64,000 nt of DNA from Paludibacter sp. Lineage in GTDB: Bacteria > Bacteroidota > Bacteroidia > Bacteroidales > Paludibacteraceae. Shown here piece by piece: positions 1 through 11,189 of this stretch (the first letter of the stretch is position 1; each line of letters begins with the position of its first letter). Location: assembly GCA_019163375.1 (NCBI GenBank), contig JAFLKK010000001.1, positions 294,638-358,637 on the forward strand, read 5' to 3'. Under the pieces are notes generated by a model, which ran no database searches, had not been told where the DNA came from, and saw nothing but the letters and a program-made list of their open reading frames with translations. The position numbers and the translations under genes were made by a program.

Positions 1-515
1 GTTTTAGCTTGTTGAATGATACTTGGAATCAGGAAATCCGGATTTTGACCGGTTCCGTAAATATTAAATGGGCGGAAAATAGTAATTGAAACCTTAAAAT
101 CGCGGTTGTAACCTTCACACAAGCTTTCACAAATGACTTTTGTTTGAGCGTACGGATTGAATGCCTGTGTTGGATGATTTTCGTCGATGGGCTGGTATTG
201 GGGATGTCCGTAGATATATGAACTGAAAAACACCATTTTTGCATTGTTCAGTCGGCACAATTCCAACATATTCAAGGTGCTCAAATAATTGGTTTCGTAG
301 AATTTCTTAGGCTGTTCGTACGATGCAGGTACAAATGATAAATTGGCCAGATGCACGATGACATCCATTCCTTCATATTGCTTAACTTGTTGCCAATCAC
401 AAATATTCGTTCCATTGGCAATGTCCACCAATATCAATTCGTGCTCAGTTTTTTCAAGTTTCTTTTGTAAATAACTGCCAATAAATCCCGAATATCCGGT
501 GATTAAAATCTTCAT
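1..515 (-). CDS. NAD-dependent epimerase/dehydratase (extended SDR); 3' end lies beyond the window
   Basis: Frame is open from the window edge to ATG at 515-513 on the - strand (missing from the ORF track because there is no stop in the window). Own translation gives MKILITGYSGFIGSYL (GxxGxxG Rossmann) and later NPYAQTK (YxxxK). Confidence 0.75.
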   Translation of the reverse strand, partial: MKILITGYSGFIGSYLQKKLEKTEHELILVDIANGTNICDWQQVKQYEGMDVIVHLANLSFVPASYEQPKKFYETNYLSTLNMLELCRLNNAKMVFFSSYIYGHPQYQPIDENHPTQAFNPYAQTKVICESLCEGYNRDFKVSITIFRPFNIYGTGQNPDFLIPSIIQQAK

Positions 516-705
516 ATCGTGTGTTGAAATTTGAACATCAAAGATACGATAATCTTTTCATAGTTAATGTCTTAAAGACTGTTTTGTAGATTATATTAAG
601 TGTTTTTTCAATCTCAGCTTTGTAAATCCGTGTTTTTTAATTTATTACAAAATGAACAAATGAATGGAAATTGAACAGATATGGTAGCTTTTGGAAATGA
701 TTTGT

Positions 706-713
706 TACTTTTG
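706..713 (+). promoter_or_regulatory. Bacteroidota -7 promoter box TAnnTTTG (TACTTTTG)
   Basis: Exact match to the TAnnTTTG consensus about 70-80 nt upstream of the 785 CDS. The same GTTACTTTTGTG string precedes the tRNA at 34501. Confidence 0.4.
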
Positions 714-784
714 TGAGCAATTTAGAAAAATAAAGTGATAGTGGATTTCTTTCCTGGAATTTATGCTCTATCGTCTCACAATTA

Positions 785-1885
785 ATGTATTATATGAGAA
801 ATAAAACGCGCATTATTTATATAAAACCTGCGAATTCATCTTTTATTCGTGGTGACCAGCAAATTCTGGAAAAAGAATATGATGTGAAACCATTTTTGAT
901 GCTTCAAAATAATAGTAAACTAATTTTTGGGCTCAAAATAATAGAATTGTTTTTCTATTTGCTTTCCAATGCATTTCGCCGCAATGTTATTTTTGTTTCG
1001 TGGTTTGCCGACTATCACTCAGCTATAATGGCTCTGGTAGGAAAACTCACAGGCAAAAAATCCATTATTTTGATTGGTGGTCAAGAGGCGGTTTGTTATC
1101 CGGAGTTGAAAAAAGGAGTTTATCGGAAGAAGTTTCGTGGTTTTTGTGTGAAATTTGCCTTACGCAATACCAGCTTGATCATTGCTAATCATAAATCGTT
1201 GATTTATCATGAAAATCATTACTATAATCATGAACATCCGCATATTGATGGTATTCAGCATTATGTGTCCGGTTTAAAAACCAGGACTGAGATTGTGTAT
1301 AATGGAATCGACTCTTCGCTGTTTGAACGTACCATGTCTATTCAGAAGGTTGATAATCTGATCATAACTGTTGGCACAATGCATCAGGAAGGTGACTTTT
1401 ATAATAAAGGCTATGATTTGTTTATTCAGGCGGCAGCACGCAATCCTGAGTTGAAATTTGTATTGATTGGCCTGAACCCTAACTACTTGAATTGGACGGA
1501 AGAAAATTATCATCCCTCGCAAATTCCAAATCTTCAAATCATTCCTTCGTTTTGCCCTCAGGAAATTTTAAATCAAAAATACAACGAAGCCAAAGTGTTT
1601 GTGCAAGCCTCCATTACCGAAGGAATGCCTAACACGCTAAGTGAAGCTATGTTGTTGGAATGCATTCCTGTAGGTTCAAATATAAATGGAATCCCCGATG
1701 CAATAGGCGATACCGGTGTTGTTATAAAACAACGCAAGGTAGAAGAATTGGAAAAAGGGATCCTGGAGGCTTTGAAAATGGATTCCGGAAAAGCTGCTCG
1801 TCAGCGGGTGATGGATATGTTTACCATTAGTCTGCGTGAAGAAAAAATTCTGAAATTAGTGGGAGAAGTAGTTACAAGTAAATAG
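785..1885 (+). CDS. glycosyltransferase family 4 (GT-B fold)
   Basis: 366 aa. C-terminal EGMPNTLSEAM...GIPD resembles the E-x7-E retaining-GT motif. An alternative start at 794 is possible. Confidence 0.8.
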   Translation: MYYMRNKTRIIYIKPANSSFIRGDQQILEKEYDVKPFLMLQNNSKLIFGLKIIELFFYLLSNAFRRNVIFVSWFADYHSAIMALVGKLTGKKSIILIGGQEAVCYPELKKGVYRKKFRGFCVKFALRNTSLIIANHKSLIYHENHYYNHEHPHIDGIQHYVSGLKTRTEIVYNGIDSSLFERTMSIQKVDNLIITVGTMHQEGDFYNKGYDLFIQAAARNPELKFVLIGLNPNYLNWTEENYHPSQIPNLQIIPSFCPQEILNQKYNEAKVFVQASITEGMPNTLSEAMLLECIPVGSNINGIPDAIGDTGVVIKQRKVEELEKGILEALKMDSGKAARQRVMDMFTISLREEKILKLVGEVVTSK

Positions 1886-1967
1886 TTACTAGTATGTTTT
1901 GAATACTGTTTTCAGAAAGCTTATCAATAAATAATATAGACGATTTAAAAGGGAAATAAGATGAATC

Positions 1968-2915
1968 TTATTTCCCTTTTATAATATCAAAACCTTCGCC
2001 GTAAACACCTATGGCAGACGATTGCGAAATAAAGGCATTCGGATCGATGTCTTTTACGATGCGAAAAATTTTAATTGATTCGTTTTTTCGGGCTACTACC
2101 GTAATTACTTTCACAGGTTCTTTAGAGTACCAACCCATACCATCCAAAATAGTCACGCCCCGATGCACATCAATATTTATTCGGGTGGCAATTTGCTCGT
2201 ATTCCTTCGAAAAAATAAAAAACTGAACCGATTGGCGAACACCATTGATAACCATGTCCACCGCTATAGTGGTGATTGCCATGGCTGTAAGTCCATAAAC
2301 GATTCGCTCTATACTACCAAATTTCAGAAAGTACGAAGAGCAGATAATCAACACATCGCAATAAAGCAAAATTCTACCTAATGTAATGTTTCTGTACTTA
2401 TTTACAACTTTGGCAATTATATCGGTTCCGCCAGAGCTACCATTGGCCAGAAAAACGATTCCAATACCTACTCCCGAAAGCAACCCTCCAATGACACATG
2501 CCATAAAGTTATCGTCCTTCCCAACAAATGTTCCTTGTACAGCTTGAGGCAGCACTGAAAAGAAAAAAGTCATTATTGCTACGCCATAAATTGTTCGAAG
2601 GCTGAATTTCAAACCAATTGTACGAATAGCTATAAGTAATAAAACAGCATTGATGGAAAAGTAAGTAATAGAAATGGGAATTCCTGTTGCATAATACACC
2701 AAAGCGCCTACACCTGTTGCACCTCCACCGGTAATTTTGTGGGGTAGCAGAAAGGCTTTCCAGGCTCCGGCGTACAAAAACAATCCGAAAGCGATGAATA
2801 TGTATTCACGGATGTCAATCCAGGTTTGCTTGCCCATTTTTTTGACATTTCCTTTGACTCCCTGAAGATGGCTCAAGTTTGTTTTGCCCTTTGAGTTGTT
2901 ATTTCGAGTTCCCAT
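1968..2915 (-). CDS. YitT-family membrane protein (DUF2179 C-terminal domain)
   Basis: 315 aa with multiple TM segments, GGGATGVGALVYY, and a C-terminal VTILDGMGWYSKE...FISQSSAIGVYGEGF typical of YitT/DUF2179. The true start may be the internal MGKQTW. Confidence 0.75.
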   Translation of the reverse strand: MGTRNNNSKGKTNLSHLQGVKGNVKKMGKQTWIDIREYIFIAFGLFLYAGAWKAFLLPHKITGGGATGVGALVYYATGIPISITYFSINAVLLLIAIRTIGLKFSLRTIYGVAIMTFFFSVLPQAVQGTFVGKDDNFMACVIGGLLSGVGIGIVFLANGSSGGTDIIAKVVNKYRNITLGRILLYCDVLIICSSYFLKFGSIERIVYGLTAMAITTIAVDMVINGVRQSVQFFIFSKEYEQIATRINIDVHRGVTILDGMGWYSKEPVKVITVVARKNESIKIFRIVKDIDPNAFISQSSAIGVYGEGFDIIKGK

Positions 2916-2959
2916 AAATGTATAAAGTTGTTATTCAATTTCCCTTTTTAGTATAGAAA

Positions 2960-5716
2960 TTATATAACTATATTTACAATTTTACCGGGAACAACAATTA
3001 TTTTCTTAGGTGCATTACCGTCTAACTGTTTAATTGTTTGTTCGTTCGCCAAAGCAGTTTTTTCAACTTCTTCTTTGCTCATATCCGCAGGAAGTTCCAG
3101 CATGAAACGCACTTTACCATTGAACGAGATAGGGTATTTTACGGATGTTTCTTTCAGATACTCTTCGTTGCAAATAGGGAAAGTGGCATCACAAACACTC
3201 TCATTATTTCCCAATGCCTGATATAATTCTTCAGAGATATGTGGTGCAAATGGAGCAAGTAAAATTACCAGTGGCTCAAGAATAGCTTTCTTATAGCACT
3301 TCAAAGCGAAAAGCTCATTCACACAAATCATAAAGGCCGAAACAGATGTGTTGTATGAGAAATTCTCGATATCGAAGGTGATTTTTTTGATCGTTTTGTG
3401 CAGAATTTTCAATTCTTCGGCTGAAGGAACTTCGTCGGTCACAATAAAGTTTTCCTCTTTGTAGAACAAGGTCCACAAACGTTTCAGAAATCGATGAACA
3501 CCGTCAATTCCGTTGGTATCCCAGGGTTTTGATTGTTCCAATGGTCCGAGAAACATTTCGTACAAACGGAGCGTGTCAGCACCATATCTCACAACGATAT
3601 CATCCGGATTTACAACATTGTACATCGATTTTGACATTTTCTCAACTGCCCAACCGCATACATATTTTCCATCTTCCAAAATAAATTCAGCATTGGCATA
3701 GTCGGGCAGCCAATTTTTGAATTTGTCAATATCAAGCACGTCGTTCGAAACAATATTCACATCCACATGAAGTTGTGTTGTTTCATATTGATCTTTCAAA
3801 TTTAGCGATACAAAAGTATTGCTGTCTTTGATACGATACACAAAATTACTACGTCCCTGAATCATCCCCTGATTAACCAGTTTTTTGAATGGTTCATCTT
3901 CACAAATCAACTCTAAATCAAATAAGAATTTGTTCCAGAAACGACTGTAAACCAAATGTCCTGTAGCATGTTCGGTACCACCGATGTACAAATCCACATT
4001 TCTCCAATATTGGTTTGCTTCTGTACTAACCAATGCTTTATCGTTTTTCGGATCCATGTAGCGCAAATAGTAGGCCGATGAACCTGCAAAACCGGGCATG
4101 GTGCAGAATTCCAACGGAAAACCTTCTTCGTTTGTCCAGTTTTTTGCTCGGCCCAGTGGTGGTTCGCCTTTTTCGGTTGGCAGGAATTTATCTATTTCGG
4201 GCAATTCCAGCGGCAAACGGCTTTCGTCGAGCATATAAGGCATGTCGTCTTTGTAATAAACCGGAAACGGTTCACCCCAGTAACGTTGACGGCTGAAAAT
4301 GGCATCGCGTAAGCGGAAATTTACTTTCACACGTCCGATTCCTTTTTCCGAAATATATTCTTTTGCTTTCGCAATAGCTTCTTTTACAGTAAGTCCGTTC
4401 AAAAATCCGGAATTCATCATGATGCCTTCTTTTGCATCCAAACTTTCTTCGCTGACATCGCAACCTTCAATTAATGGAATAATTGGTAGACTGAAGTGCT
4501 TAGCAAAAGCATAGTCACGGCTATCGTGAGCAGGAACAGCCATGATGGCGCCCGTACCATAACCGGCCAGTACATAGTCGCTGATCCAAATTGGAATTTC
4601 TGTTCCGCTGACAGGATTGATGGCGTACGAACCGGAAAAAACACCCGATACTCTGCGGTCAGCAATACGCTCACGTTCGGTACGTTTTTTTGTAGCTGCA
4701 ACATAATTTTCAACCTCAGTAGCTTGTTCAGCTGTTGTCAGTTGTTTTACCAATTCACTTTCGGGCGCTAAAACCATGAAGGTTACACCATAAATAGTGT
4801 CGGCACGTGTGGTGAAAACCTCAAAATTGAAATCCTGACCTTTAATATTGAACGTCATCTCAGCTCCTTCCGAGCGTCCAATCCAATTCTTTTGTGTTTC
4901 TTTCAATGACTCCGTCCATTCCACAGTTCCCAAACCGTCCAGCAATCGTTGTGCGTAAGCTGAAACGCGCAAACTCCACTGACGCATAACACGTTGTTCT
5001 ACAGTATGTCCTCCTCGAACGGAAACACCTTCGCTCACTTCGTCGTTAGCCAAAACAGTTCCAAGTGCAGGACACCAGTTTACCTTTAAATCGGCCAAAT
5101 AAGCAATGCGATAGTTGAGTAGTACTTCTTGTTGATCTTTCTCAACTTTCGATTTCCATTCTCCGGCAGTGAAAGTCATTTCTTCGGTGCATGAGGCCTC
5201 AATGCCGGCTGTTCCCGATGTTTCGAAAGCTTTTATCAACGAAGCTATTGGTTGTGCTTTTTGTAATTTTGTATCAAAATAATGATTGAACATTTGAATA
5301 AATGCCCATTGAGTCCATTTGTAATAGTCTGGCTCACAGGTTCTTATTTCGCGACTCCAATCGTAGCAAAAACCGATTTTGTCCAATTGCTCACGATAAC
5401 GCGCAATGTTTTTCTTGGTGGTAACTGCCGGGTGTTGACCGGTTTGAATAGCATATTGTTCTGCCGGCAAACCGTAGGCATCATAACCCATTGGATGAAG
5501 TACATTAAATCCTTTTAAGCGTTTGTAGCGGCTGAAAATGTCCGAAGCAATGTATCCCAGCGGATGACCAACATGTAAACCTGCTCCCGAAGGATAGGGA
5601 AACATATCCAAAACGTAAAATTTGGGTTTGTTTTGATCAATTTCTGTTTTATAGGTATTGTTTTTCTTCCAATTAGCCTGCCATTTCTGCTCAATTTCAC
5701 TAAAGTTGTACTCCAT
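2960..5716 (-). CDS. leuS: leucine--tRNA ligase
   Basis: 918 aa with a class I HIGH motif (HVGHPLGY), KMSKS, and a CP1 editing-domain-sized insertion. Confidence 0.97.
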   Translation of the reverse strand: MEYNFSEIEQKWQANWKKNNTYKTEIDQNKPKFYVLDMFPYPSGAGLHVGHPLGYIASDIFSRYKRLKGFNVLHPMGYDAYGLPAEQYAIQTGQHPAVTTKKNIARYREQLDKIGFCYDWSREIRTCEPDYYKWTQWAFIQMFNHYFDTKLQKAQPIASLIKAFETSGTAGIEASCTEEMTFTAGEWKSKVEKDQQEVLLNYRIAYLADLKVNWCPALGTVLANDEVSEGVSVRGGHTVEQRVMRQWSLRVSAYAQRLLDGLGTVEWTESLKETQKNWIGRSEGAEMTFNIKGQDFNFEVFTTRADTIYGVTFMVLAPESELVKQLTTAEQATEVENYVAATKKRTERERIADRRVSGVFSGSYAINPVSGTEIPIWISDYVLAGYGTGAIMAVPAHDSRDYAFAKHFSLPIIPLIEGCDVSEESLDAKEGIMMNSGFLNGLTVKEAIAKAKEYISEKGIGRVKVNFRLRDAIFSRQRYWGEPFPVYYKDDMPYMLDESRLPLELPEIDKFLPTEKGEPPLGRAKNWTNEEGFPLEFCTMPGFAGSSAYYLRYMDPKNDKALVSTEANQYWRNVDLYIGGTEHATGHLVYSRFWNKFLFDLELICEDEPFKKLVNQGMIQGRSNFVYRIKDSNTFVSLNLKDQYETTQLHVDVNIVSNDVLDIDKFKNWLPDYANAEFILEDGKYVCGWAVEKMSKSMYNVVNPDDIVVRYGADTLRLYEMFLGPLEQSKPWDTNGIDGVHRFLKRLWTLFYKEENFIVTDEVPSAEELKILHKTIKKITFDIENFSYNTSVSAFMICVNELFALKCYKKAILEPLVILLAPFAPHISEELYQALGNNESVCDATFPICNEEYLKETSVKYPISFNGKVRFMLELPADMSKEEVEKTALANEQTIKQLDGNAPKKIIVVPGKIVNIVI

Positions 5717-5782
5717 AATATATTGATAATAAGTAAATAACGATGTTGTTGGTGGGTTTCGTATTTTTTAAAAATAAACATG

Positions 5783-5790
5783 CAAAGTTA
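5783..5790 (-). promoter_or_regulatory. -7 promoter box (CAAAGTTA = reverse complement of TAACTTTG) for leuS
   Basis: TAnnTTTG match on the - strand, 67 nt upstream of the leuS ATG. Confidence 0.4.
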
Positions 5791-5923
5791 ATCAATTTAG
5801 CTGAATAATAGATGTCGGATTTGGCTAAAAAAATCATTCGTATTATTTTATATTGCAGTATTGGACAAGCGTTTCGAAAAAATGATTATTTTTGTAAGTT
5901 TTAAAATTAATCACACCTACATA

Positions 5924-6619
5924 ATGTTCAATAATCATATTACGGTTCAATTTAAAGTTCCCGAACCAACATTAAGACGTTTGCCCTGGTACCTGGCTTA
6001 TGCTCAATTGGTTCTTAAAGAGGGTGAACTATATCTTTCTTCCACTCAAATTGCTAAAAATATAGCCGTTGACGCCTCTATGGTTGCAAAAGATTTGTCT
6101 TATGTGAACATAGCGGGTCGAACTCGTGTGGGGTATGATGTGAAGGAACTCGTTGGAATCCTCGAAGAATTTTTGGGCTTTACCAACTCTCATAAGGCTT
6201 TTTTGTTTGGCGTGGGTAGTCTTGGTGGTGCTTTGATGCATGATAATGGATTGGAACAGTTTGGATTAGAAATTGTAGCCGGTTTTGACGTGAAATACGA
6301 ATTGGCCGGTACAAGCATTAACCGCGTACCGATTCATCATCTCGATCGTTTCGTGGAACTTCAACGCCAAACAGGAATTAATATTGGTGTGCTCACTGTT
6401 CCGGTAGATAAAGCCCAAATGGTATCCGAAATAATGATTGCCGGTGGAATTCAGGCTATTTGGAATTTTACTCCTTTTCGTATCCGGGTGCCCGAAAATG
6501 TAATTGTTCAAAATACATCTATTTATGCCCATTTAGCAGTTATGTTTAATAGACTTAATGCGATTAAAGAGGATGAAAAGAAACGAATTTCGAATCTCAA
6601 ACAACAATCATCAAAATGA
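5924..6619 (+). CDS. rex: redox-sensing transcriptional repressor Rex
   Basis: PEPTLRRLPWYL winged-helix N-terminus, Rossmann GVGSLGGAL, and a C-terminal AIWNFTPFRIRVP. The track ORF starts at a TTG at 5861; ATG 5924 (MFNNHITV) gives a typical Rex length. Confidence 0.88.
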   Translation: MFNNHITVQFKVPEPTLRRLPWYLAYAQLVLKEGELYLSSTQIAKNIAVDASMVAKDLSYVNIAGRTRVGYDVKELVGILEEFLGFTNSHKAFLFGVGSLGGALMHDNGLEQFGLEIVAGFDVKYELAGTSINRVPIHHLDRFVELQRQTGINIGVLTVPVDKAQMVSEIMIAGGIQAIWNFTPFRIRVPENVIVQNTSIYAHLAVMFNRLNAIKEDEKKRISNLKQQSSK

Positions 6620-7227
6620 AAATATTTGCTATTGGTCAAAATTATTCAGAGCATATCAAAGAATTAAATAGCTCTACCTCTGTAGATCCTATTGTTTTTA
6701 TGAAACCTGATTCGGCATTGTTGAAAAATAACAAGCCTTTTTTTATTCCAGACTTCAGTGAAGAGTTGCATTATGAAACTGAATTAATTGTACGGTTCAA
6801 TCGGTTGGGTAAAAATATAGATGAAAAATTTTCGCACAGATATTACGCTGAAATTGGTCTGGGTATTGATTTTACAGCACGCGATTTGCAGCGAAAACTA
6901 AAGGCTGAAGGTAAACCGTGGGAAATATCAAAAGCATTTGACAATTCGGCTGTTATAGGCGATTTTTTGCCGGTAAGTGAATTGGGAGATGTGCAAAATG
7001 TTCCCTTTCGTTTGGATATCAACGGTGTAACTGTTCAACAAGGCAATTCGAAAGATATGATTTTTCCCATAAGTAAACTTGTTAGTTATATCAGCCGTTT
7101 TTTTACCATTAAAATTGGAGATATTTTATTTACCGGTACGCCTGTTGGAGTTGGAAAAGTAGCTATCGGTGACCGGCTGGAGGGCTATATCTTCGACAAA
7201 AAGATGTTTGATTTTAATGTGAAGTAA
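6616..7227 (+). CDS. fumarylacetoacetate hydrolase family protein
   Basis: 203 aa. NYSEHIKE...FMKP...YETELIV...GIDFTARDLQ pattern of the FAH/2-keto-4-pentenoate hydratase fold. 4-nt overlap with rex. Confidence 0.8.
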   Translation: MKIFAIGQNYSEHIKELNSSTSVDPIVFMKPDSALLKNNKPFFIPDFSEELHYETELIVRFNRLGKNIDEKFSHRYYAEIGLGIDFTARDLQRKLKAEGKPWEISKAFDNSAVIGDFLPVSELGDVQNVPFRLDINGVTVQQGNSKDMIFPISKLVSYISRFFTIKIGDILFTGTPVGVGKVAIGDRLEGYIFDKKMFDFNVK

Positions 7228-7255
7228 ACTCAGACATTTTTTTTCTTGCTACTGA

Positions 7256-10200
7256 ATGCCTGACTTTATCTTTCATTCTTTCGTAAAAATGAATTCATTT
7301 TCCATGAAATATAAAACGATGCTTCTGGCATTTCTTTGCTTGTTTGTTACAACCTTGAGTTCGCAAACTGCTCTGACAACTTCATATTCGATTGCATGGA
7401 ATGGAATTGTAAAATGGACAATAAATTCAAATTCGATTAATGTTCTTTCTTTTACGGGTGCCCAATACCCGAAAGAAGACAGGTTGCCCTATTTTAATCA
7501 ACGTTTTCAATGTGACAAGGCTTTTTCGTATCTTGTAGAAGTACGGAATCCTGTTTTTTCTCCACTCACCACTCAGGAATCAGCTTTTTTTGAAGGGGCA
7601 TCAGTTCCTTCAACTGTCGAAGTCAGGACGAGTATTTTGGATCAATCAACAACTTCCTTTCTTGATATCAATGTTTTTCCATTTATAAATTGTCAGGGGC
7701 AACTGCAAAAACTTATGTCGTTCGACTTGCAGGTGACAAAGACGGCCGTTCCTCATAGAGTTGTAGCTGCTACTCGCCATGCCTACGCTTCCAATTCAGT
7801 TTTATCGCAAGGCAAATTTGTAAAGGTGAAGGTGAAAGATACCGGAATTTATAAATTGACCTTTGAGGATTTAAACTTAATGGGAATTAATCCTGCCAAT
7901 GTTCGGGTTTTTGGATATGGTGGAGCGGTGCTTGAGCAAGATTTTTCATTGCCAAAGCAGGATGATTTACCGGAACTTGCTATTTGGATGGAAAAAGGCA
8001 GCGACGGTATTTTCAATTCGGGCGATTATATTTTGTTTTATGCTCAGGGAATTAATCGCTGGATCTATGACAAAAGTATATCTGCATTTACTCATAAGGG
8101 GAATTCTTATTCGCAATATGGGTACTATTTTGTTAGCTCAGATGCCGGTGTTGGAAAGAGAATTGTGGATAAAGCCAAAATCTTGCCGGAAGCTCAAAAA
8201 GTAAATACAATAACTGAGTTTCTTGATTATAAAGTGTATGAAAAGGACTTGCTTAATATTATTGGTATCGATGCCGGAGTTGGTTCAGGTAGAGAATTTT
8301 ATGGGGAGCGATTTTCGGATGTAACTTCAATAAGTATTCCGTTCGCTTTTCCAAATATCGTTCCCGGCAGCACGACGAGTGTCAAATTAGATGTGGCAGC
8401 AAGTTCAGTGATGAATTCAAATTTCTCACTTTCGCTCAATGGTGAACAAACTAAATCACTGCCTGTATCGGCCAAATCTTCAACTGATTTTTACGAGCAG
8501 GCCAGGGGGAATACTAACACTTATTCTTTTTCGCCTTCAAGTGATAATCTAACCTTTAATTTGACTTACGATCGGCCCACGACCACTTCGGTTGGTTATC
8601 TAAATTATCTGGAAGTAAATGCTCGTCGCAAACTGAAAATGAACGGTTCGGTTATGCCGTTTCAAAATATGGACTTTTTAGGAACGAATTCATTTAATTC
8701 TTTTCAATTGACCGATGCATCAACCAATATTCAAATTTGGGATGTAACTGATCCAACGAACATTAAAAAGCTTGTTTCTGATAATAATGGAAGTACAGTT
8801 TCTTTTACAGAATCTGCGAACGAAGACCTAAGGTATATGGCAATTGATGTCACAGCTGCCTCTACATTCCCAAAACCGGAGATTGTGGGTGCTGTTTCTA
8901 ACCAGAATCTTCATGCTCTTGCATCGTCCGATATGGTTATTCTTACTCATCCTAATTTTTTGTTGCAGGCTGAGCGACTTGCACAGGCGCATAGAGATAT
9001 TGATAAGTTAACTGTTTCAGTCGTTACTACTGAGCAAGTTTACAATGAGTTTTCTTCCGGAGTTCCCGATGCTACTGCCTATCGTTGGATGATGAAAATG
9101 TTGTATGATAGAGCAATATCTGCAAATGATACTGACAATATGCCCAGGTATCTACTTCTTTTTGGCAGAGGTTCTTTCGATAACAGAAAAATCCTGCCCA
9201 ACTCGGGTGATAATTTAATTTTGACCTACCAGGCTGAAAATTCATTTGTTACAACTTTGTCGTACGTTACGGATGATTATTTTGGATTGTTGGGCGATAA
9301 TGAGGGGACTCAGGTGCCTTCGGATTTGCTTGATATTGGTATCGGTCGATTCCCGGTTTCAACTGTCGACCAGGCAAATGATGTTGTGGATAAGACGATT
9401 GGCTATATGCAGAATAAGGATAAAGGAAGTTGGAAAAATCAGATTTGCTTTTTGGCCGATGATGGTGATGCAGCTTTACACATGACCCAAGCTGATAGCG
9501 TGGCCGCTTCTGTGACGAGGTCTTATCCAGCGTTCCAGGTCAGTAAAATCTATCTTGATGCCTATTCTCAGGAAATCACAGCTAGTGGAGAATCTTATTC
9601 ATTAGCTAAAAATCGTTTTCAGAATCTGTTGCGTTCAGGAATGCTCTTGGTTGACTTTACAGGTCACGCAAGCCCCTCGGCCTGGACCAATGAACAGATT
9701 CTGACAACGGCAGATGTGATGGATTTGTCAAGCAAGCATTTACCATTATTTGTTGGGGCAACCTGTGATTTTTTGCAATTTGACATTAAAAGTGTTTCGG
9801 GTGGTGAGCAGGTATTGCTGAACCCGGTGGGGGGAGGTATTGGAATTTTGTCGGCAGCCCGTCCGGTTTATGCTTCGCAGAATTTTACCTTGAACAAGCT
9901 GTTTTGCGATAATTTGTTTAAAAAAGTAGGAGGTCAGCAGCAACGGATTGGAGATGTGCTGAAATACGCTAAAAACAATGTTGGTGCCGAAATGAATAAG
10001 TTGTCCTACGTTTATATGGGCGATCCGGCAGTGAAGTTAAATTATCCTACGAAATATAATGTTATCACTAGGACTATAAATGATAAAACTGTTCAGGGCA
10101 ATGATACCTTGCGTGCACTGTCGGTTGCAACTATTAAAGGGCTAATAGTTGATGATAATGGAAATAAAATTAATGATTTTGACGGAAGTTTGCGTGTTGT

Positions 10201-11119
10201 TATTTATGATAAAATTCAACAAATCACAACATTAAATAATCATGGTGATGGCGCGATGACTTATTCCGATCGTCCCAATATTTTATTCTCGGGAGATGCA
10301 ATTGTAAAAGACGGTGAATATTCTTTTTCGTTTATGTTGCCAAAGGATATAAAATACAATTATGGTGGCGGAAGAATGAATTTTTATGCCGGGGATGATG
10401 TACATAATTACGAAGCACAGGGCGTCTTCGAAAACTTTGTGGTAGGAGGGACTGCTAATAATTCGATAAACGATACTTCAGGTCCTGAAGTTTTGATGTA
10501 TTTGAATACCGATAATTTTGTATCAGGCGATAAAGTGAATGAGACACCTCTTTTTATTGCAGATATTAAAGATGTAAATGGTATTAATACGGTTGGGAGT
10601 GGCATCGGGCACGATTTATTACTGACAATTGATAATGACCCCATGAAATCGTTTATTCTAAATGATAATTTTCAGGCGTTGCTGAATAGTTATTCTGCAG
10701 GTACAGTGAAATATAAGTTGCCTCAACTTGAGAATGGAAAGCATACATTAACCCTCAGAGTCTGTGACTTATTGAATAATTCATCCACGACGAGTATTGA
10801 TTTTGAGGTTGTGAAAGGTTTAACCCCAACTATTTTCTCGGTCGCAAATTATCCTAATCCGTTTAGGGAAAGTACACGTATTCGTATAAATCATGATAGA
10901 CCGGAATCAATTTTAAAAACAACGGTTGAAATTTTTGATATTCTTGGAAAGAAAATCTGGAGTTTTGAGGAACCTTCTACCGACGACATAAGTTTGGATT
11001 TATCAGCAATGAAGGGTGTGAAAATAAAGTCAGGTGTGTACCTTTACCGTGTCAGTATTAAAACAACAAACAGCGAATTGTATTTTAAAACAAATAAAAT
11101 GATCATTCTTGGACAATAA
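7256..11119 (+). CDS. porU: type IX secretion system sortase PorU (C25 gingipain-like peptidase)
   Basis: 1287 aa with a signal-like MKYKTMLLAFLCLFVTTLSSQ. Its size and its position directly upstream of porV match known porU-porV pairs. The C-terminal ~80 aa resemble a T9SS sorting domain (NYPNPF...GVYLYRV). Confidence 0.75.
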   Translation: MPDFIFHSFVKMNSFSMKYKTMLLAFLCLFVTTLSSQTALTTSYSIAWNGIVKWTINSNSINVLSFTGAQYPKEDRLPYFNQRFQCDKAFSYLVEVRNPVFSPLTTQESAFFEGASVPSTVEVRTSILDQSTTSFLDINVFPFINCQGQLQKLMSFDLQVTKTAVPHRVVAATRHAYASNSVLSQGKFVKVKVKDTGIYKLTFEDLNLMGINPANVRVFGYGGAVLEQDFSLPKQDDLPELAIWMEKGSDGIFNSGDYILFYAQGINRWIYDKSISAFTHKGNSYSQYGYYFVSSDAGVGKRIVDKAKILPEAQKVNTITEFLDYKVYEKDLLNIIGIDAGVGSGREFYGERFSDVTSISIPFAFPNIVPGSTTSVKLDVAASSVMNSNFSLSLNGEQTKSLPVSAKSSTDFYEQARGNTNTYSFSPSSDNLTFNLTYDRPTTTSVGYLNYLEVNARRKLKMNGSVMPFQNMDFLGTNSFNSFQLTDASTNIQIWDVTDPTNIKKLVSDNNGSTVSFTESANEDLRYMAIDVTAASTFPKPEIVGAVSNQNLHALASSDMVILTHPNFLLQAERLAQAHRDIDKLTVSVVTTEQVYNEFSSGVPDATAYRWMMKMLYDRAISANDTDNMPRYLLLFGRGSFDNRKILPNSGDNLILTYQAENSFVTTLSYVTDDYFGLLGDNEGTQVPSDLLDIGIGRFPVSTVDQANDVVDKTIGYMQNKDKGSWKNQICFLADDGDAALHMTQADSVAASVTRSYPAFQVSKIYLDAYSQEITASGESYSLAKNRFQNLLRSGMLLVDFTGHASPSAWTNEQILTTADVMDLSSKHLPLFVGATCDFLQFDIKSVSGGEQVLLNPVGGGIGILSAARPVYASQNFTLNKLFCDNLFKKVGGQQQRIGDVLKYAKNNVGAEMNKLSYVYMGDPAVKLNYPTKYNVITRTINDKTVQGNDTLRALSVATIKGLIVDDNGNKINDFDGSLRVVIYDKIQQITTLNNHGDGAMTYSDRPNILFSGDAIVKDGEYSFSFMLPKDIKYNYGGGRMNFYAGDDVHNYEAQGVFENFVVGGTANNSINDTSGPEVLMYLNTDNFVSGDKVNETPLFIADIKDVNGINTVGSGIGHDLLLTIDNDPMKSFILNDNFQALLNSYSAGTVKYKLPQLENGKHTLTLRVCDLLNNSSTTSIDFEVVKGLTPTIFSVANYPNPFRESTRIRINHDRPESILKTTVEIFDILGKKIWSFEEPSTDDISLDLSAMKGVKIKSGVYLYRVSIKTTNSELYFKTNKMIILGQ

Positions 11120-11145
11120 AATGAAATTTTTCCGTTATCTTTAAG

Positions 11146-11153
11146 TATTTTTG
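11146..11153 (+). promoter_or_regulatory. -7 promoter box TATTTTTG for porV
   Basis: TAnnTTTG match 37 nt upstream of the ATG at 11190. Confidence 0.45.
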
Positions 11154-11189
11154 TACATTATAATAAAATGGATATAAATATTATACCTA

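Noticed and set aside
5861-5923. TTG-initiated 21-codon extension of rex
   Set aside because: The Rex homology pattern starts after ATG 5924, and the extension is AT-rich leader sequence.
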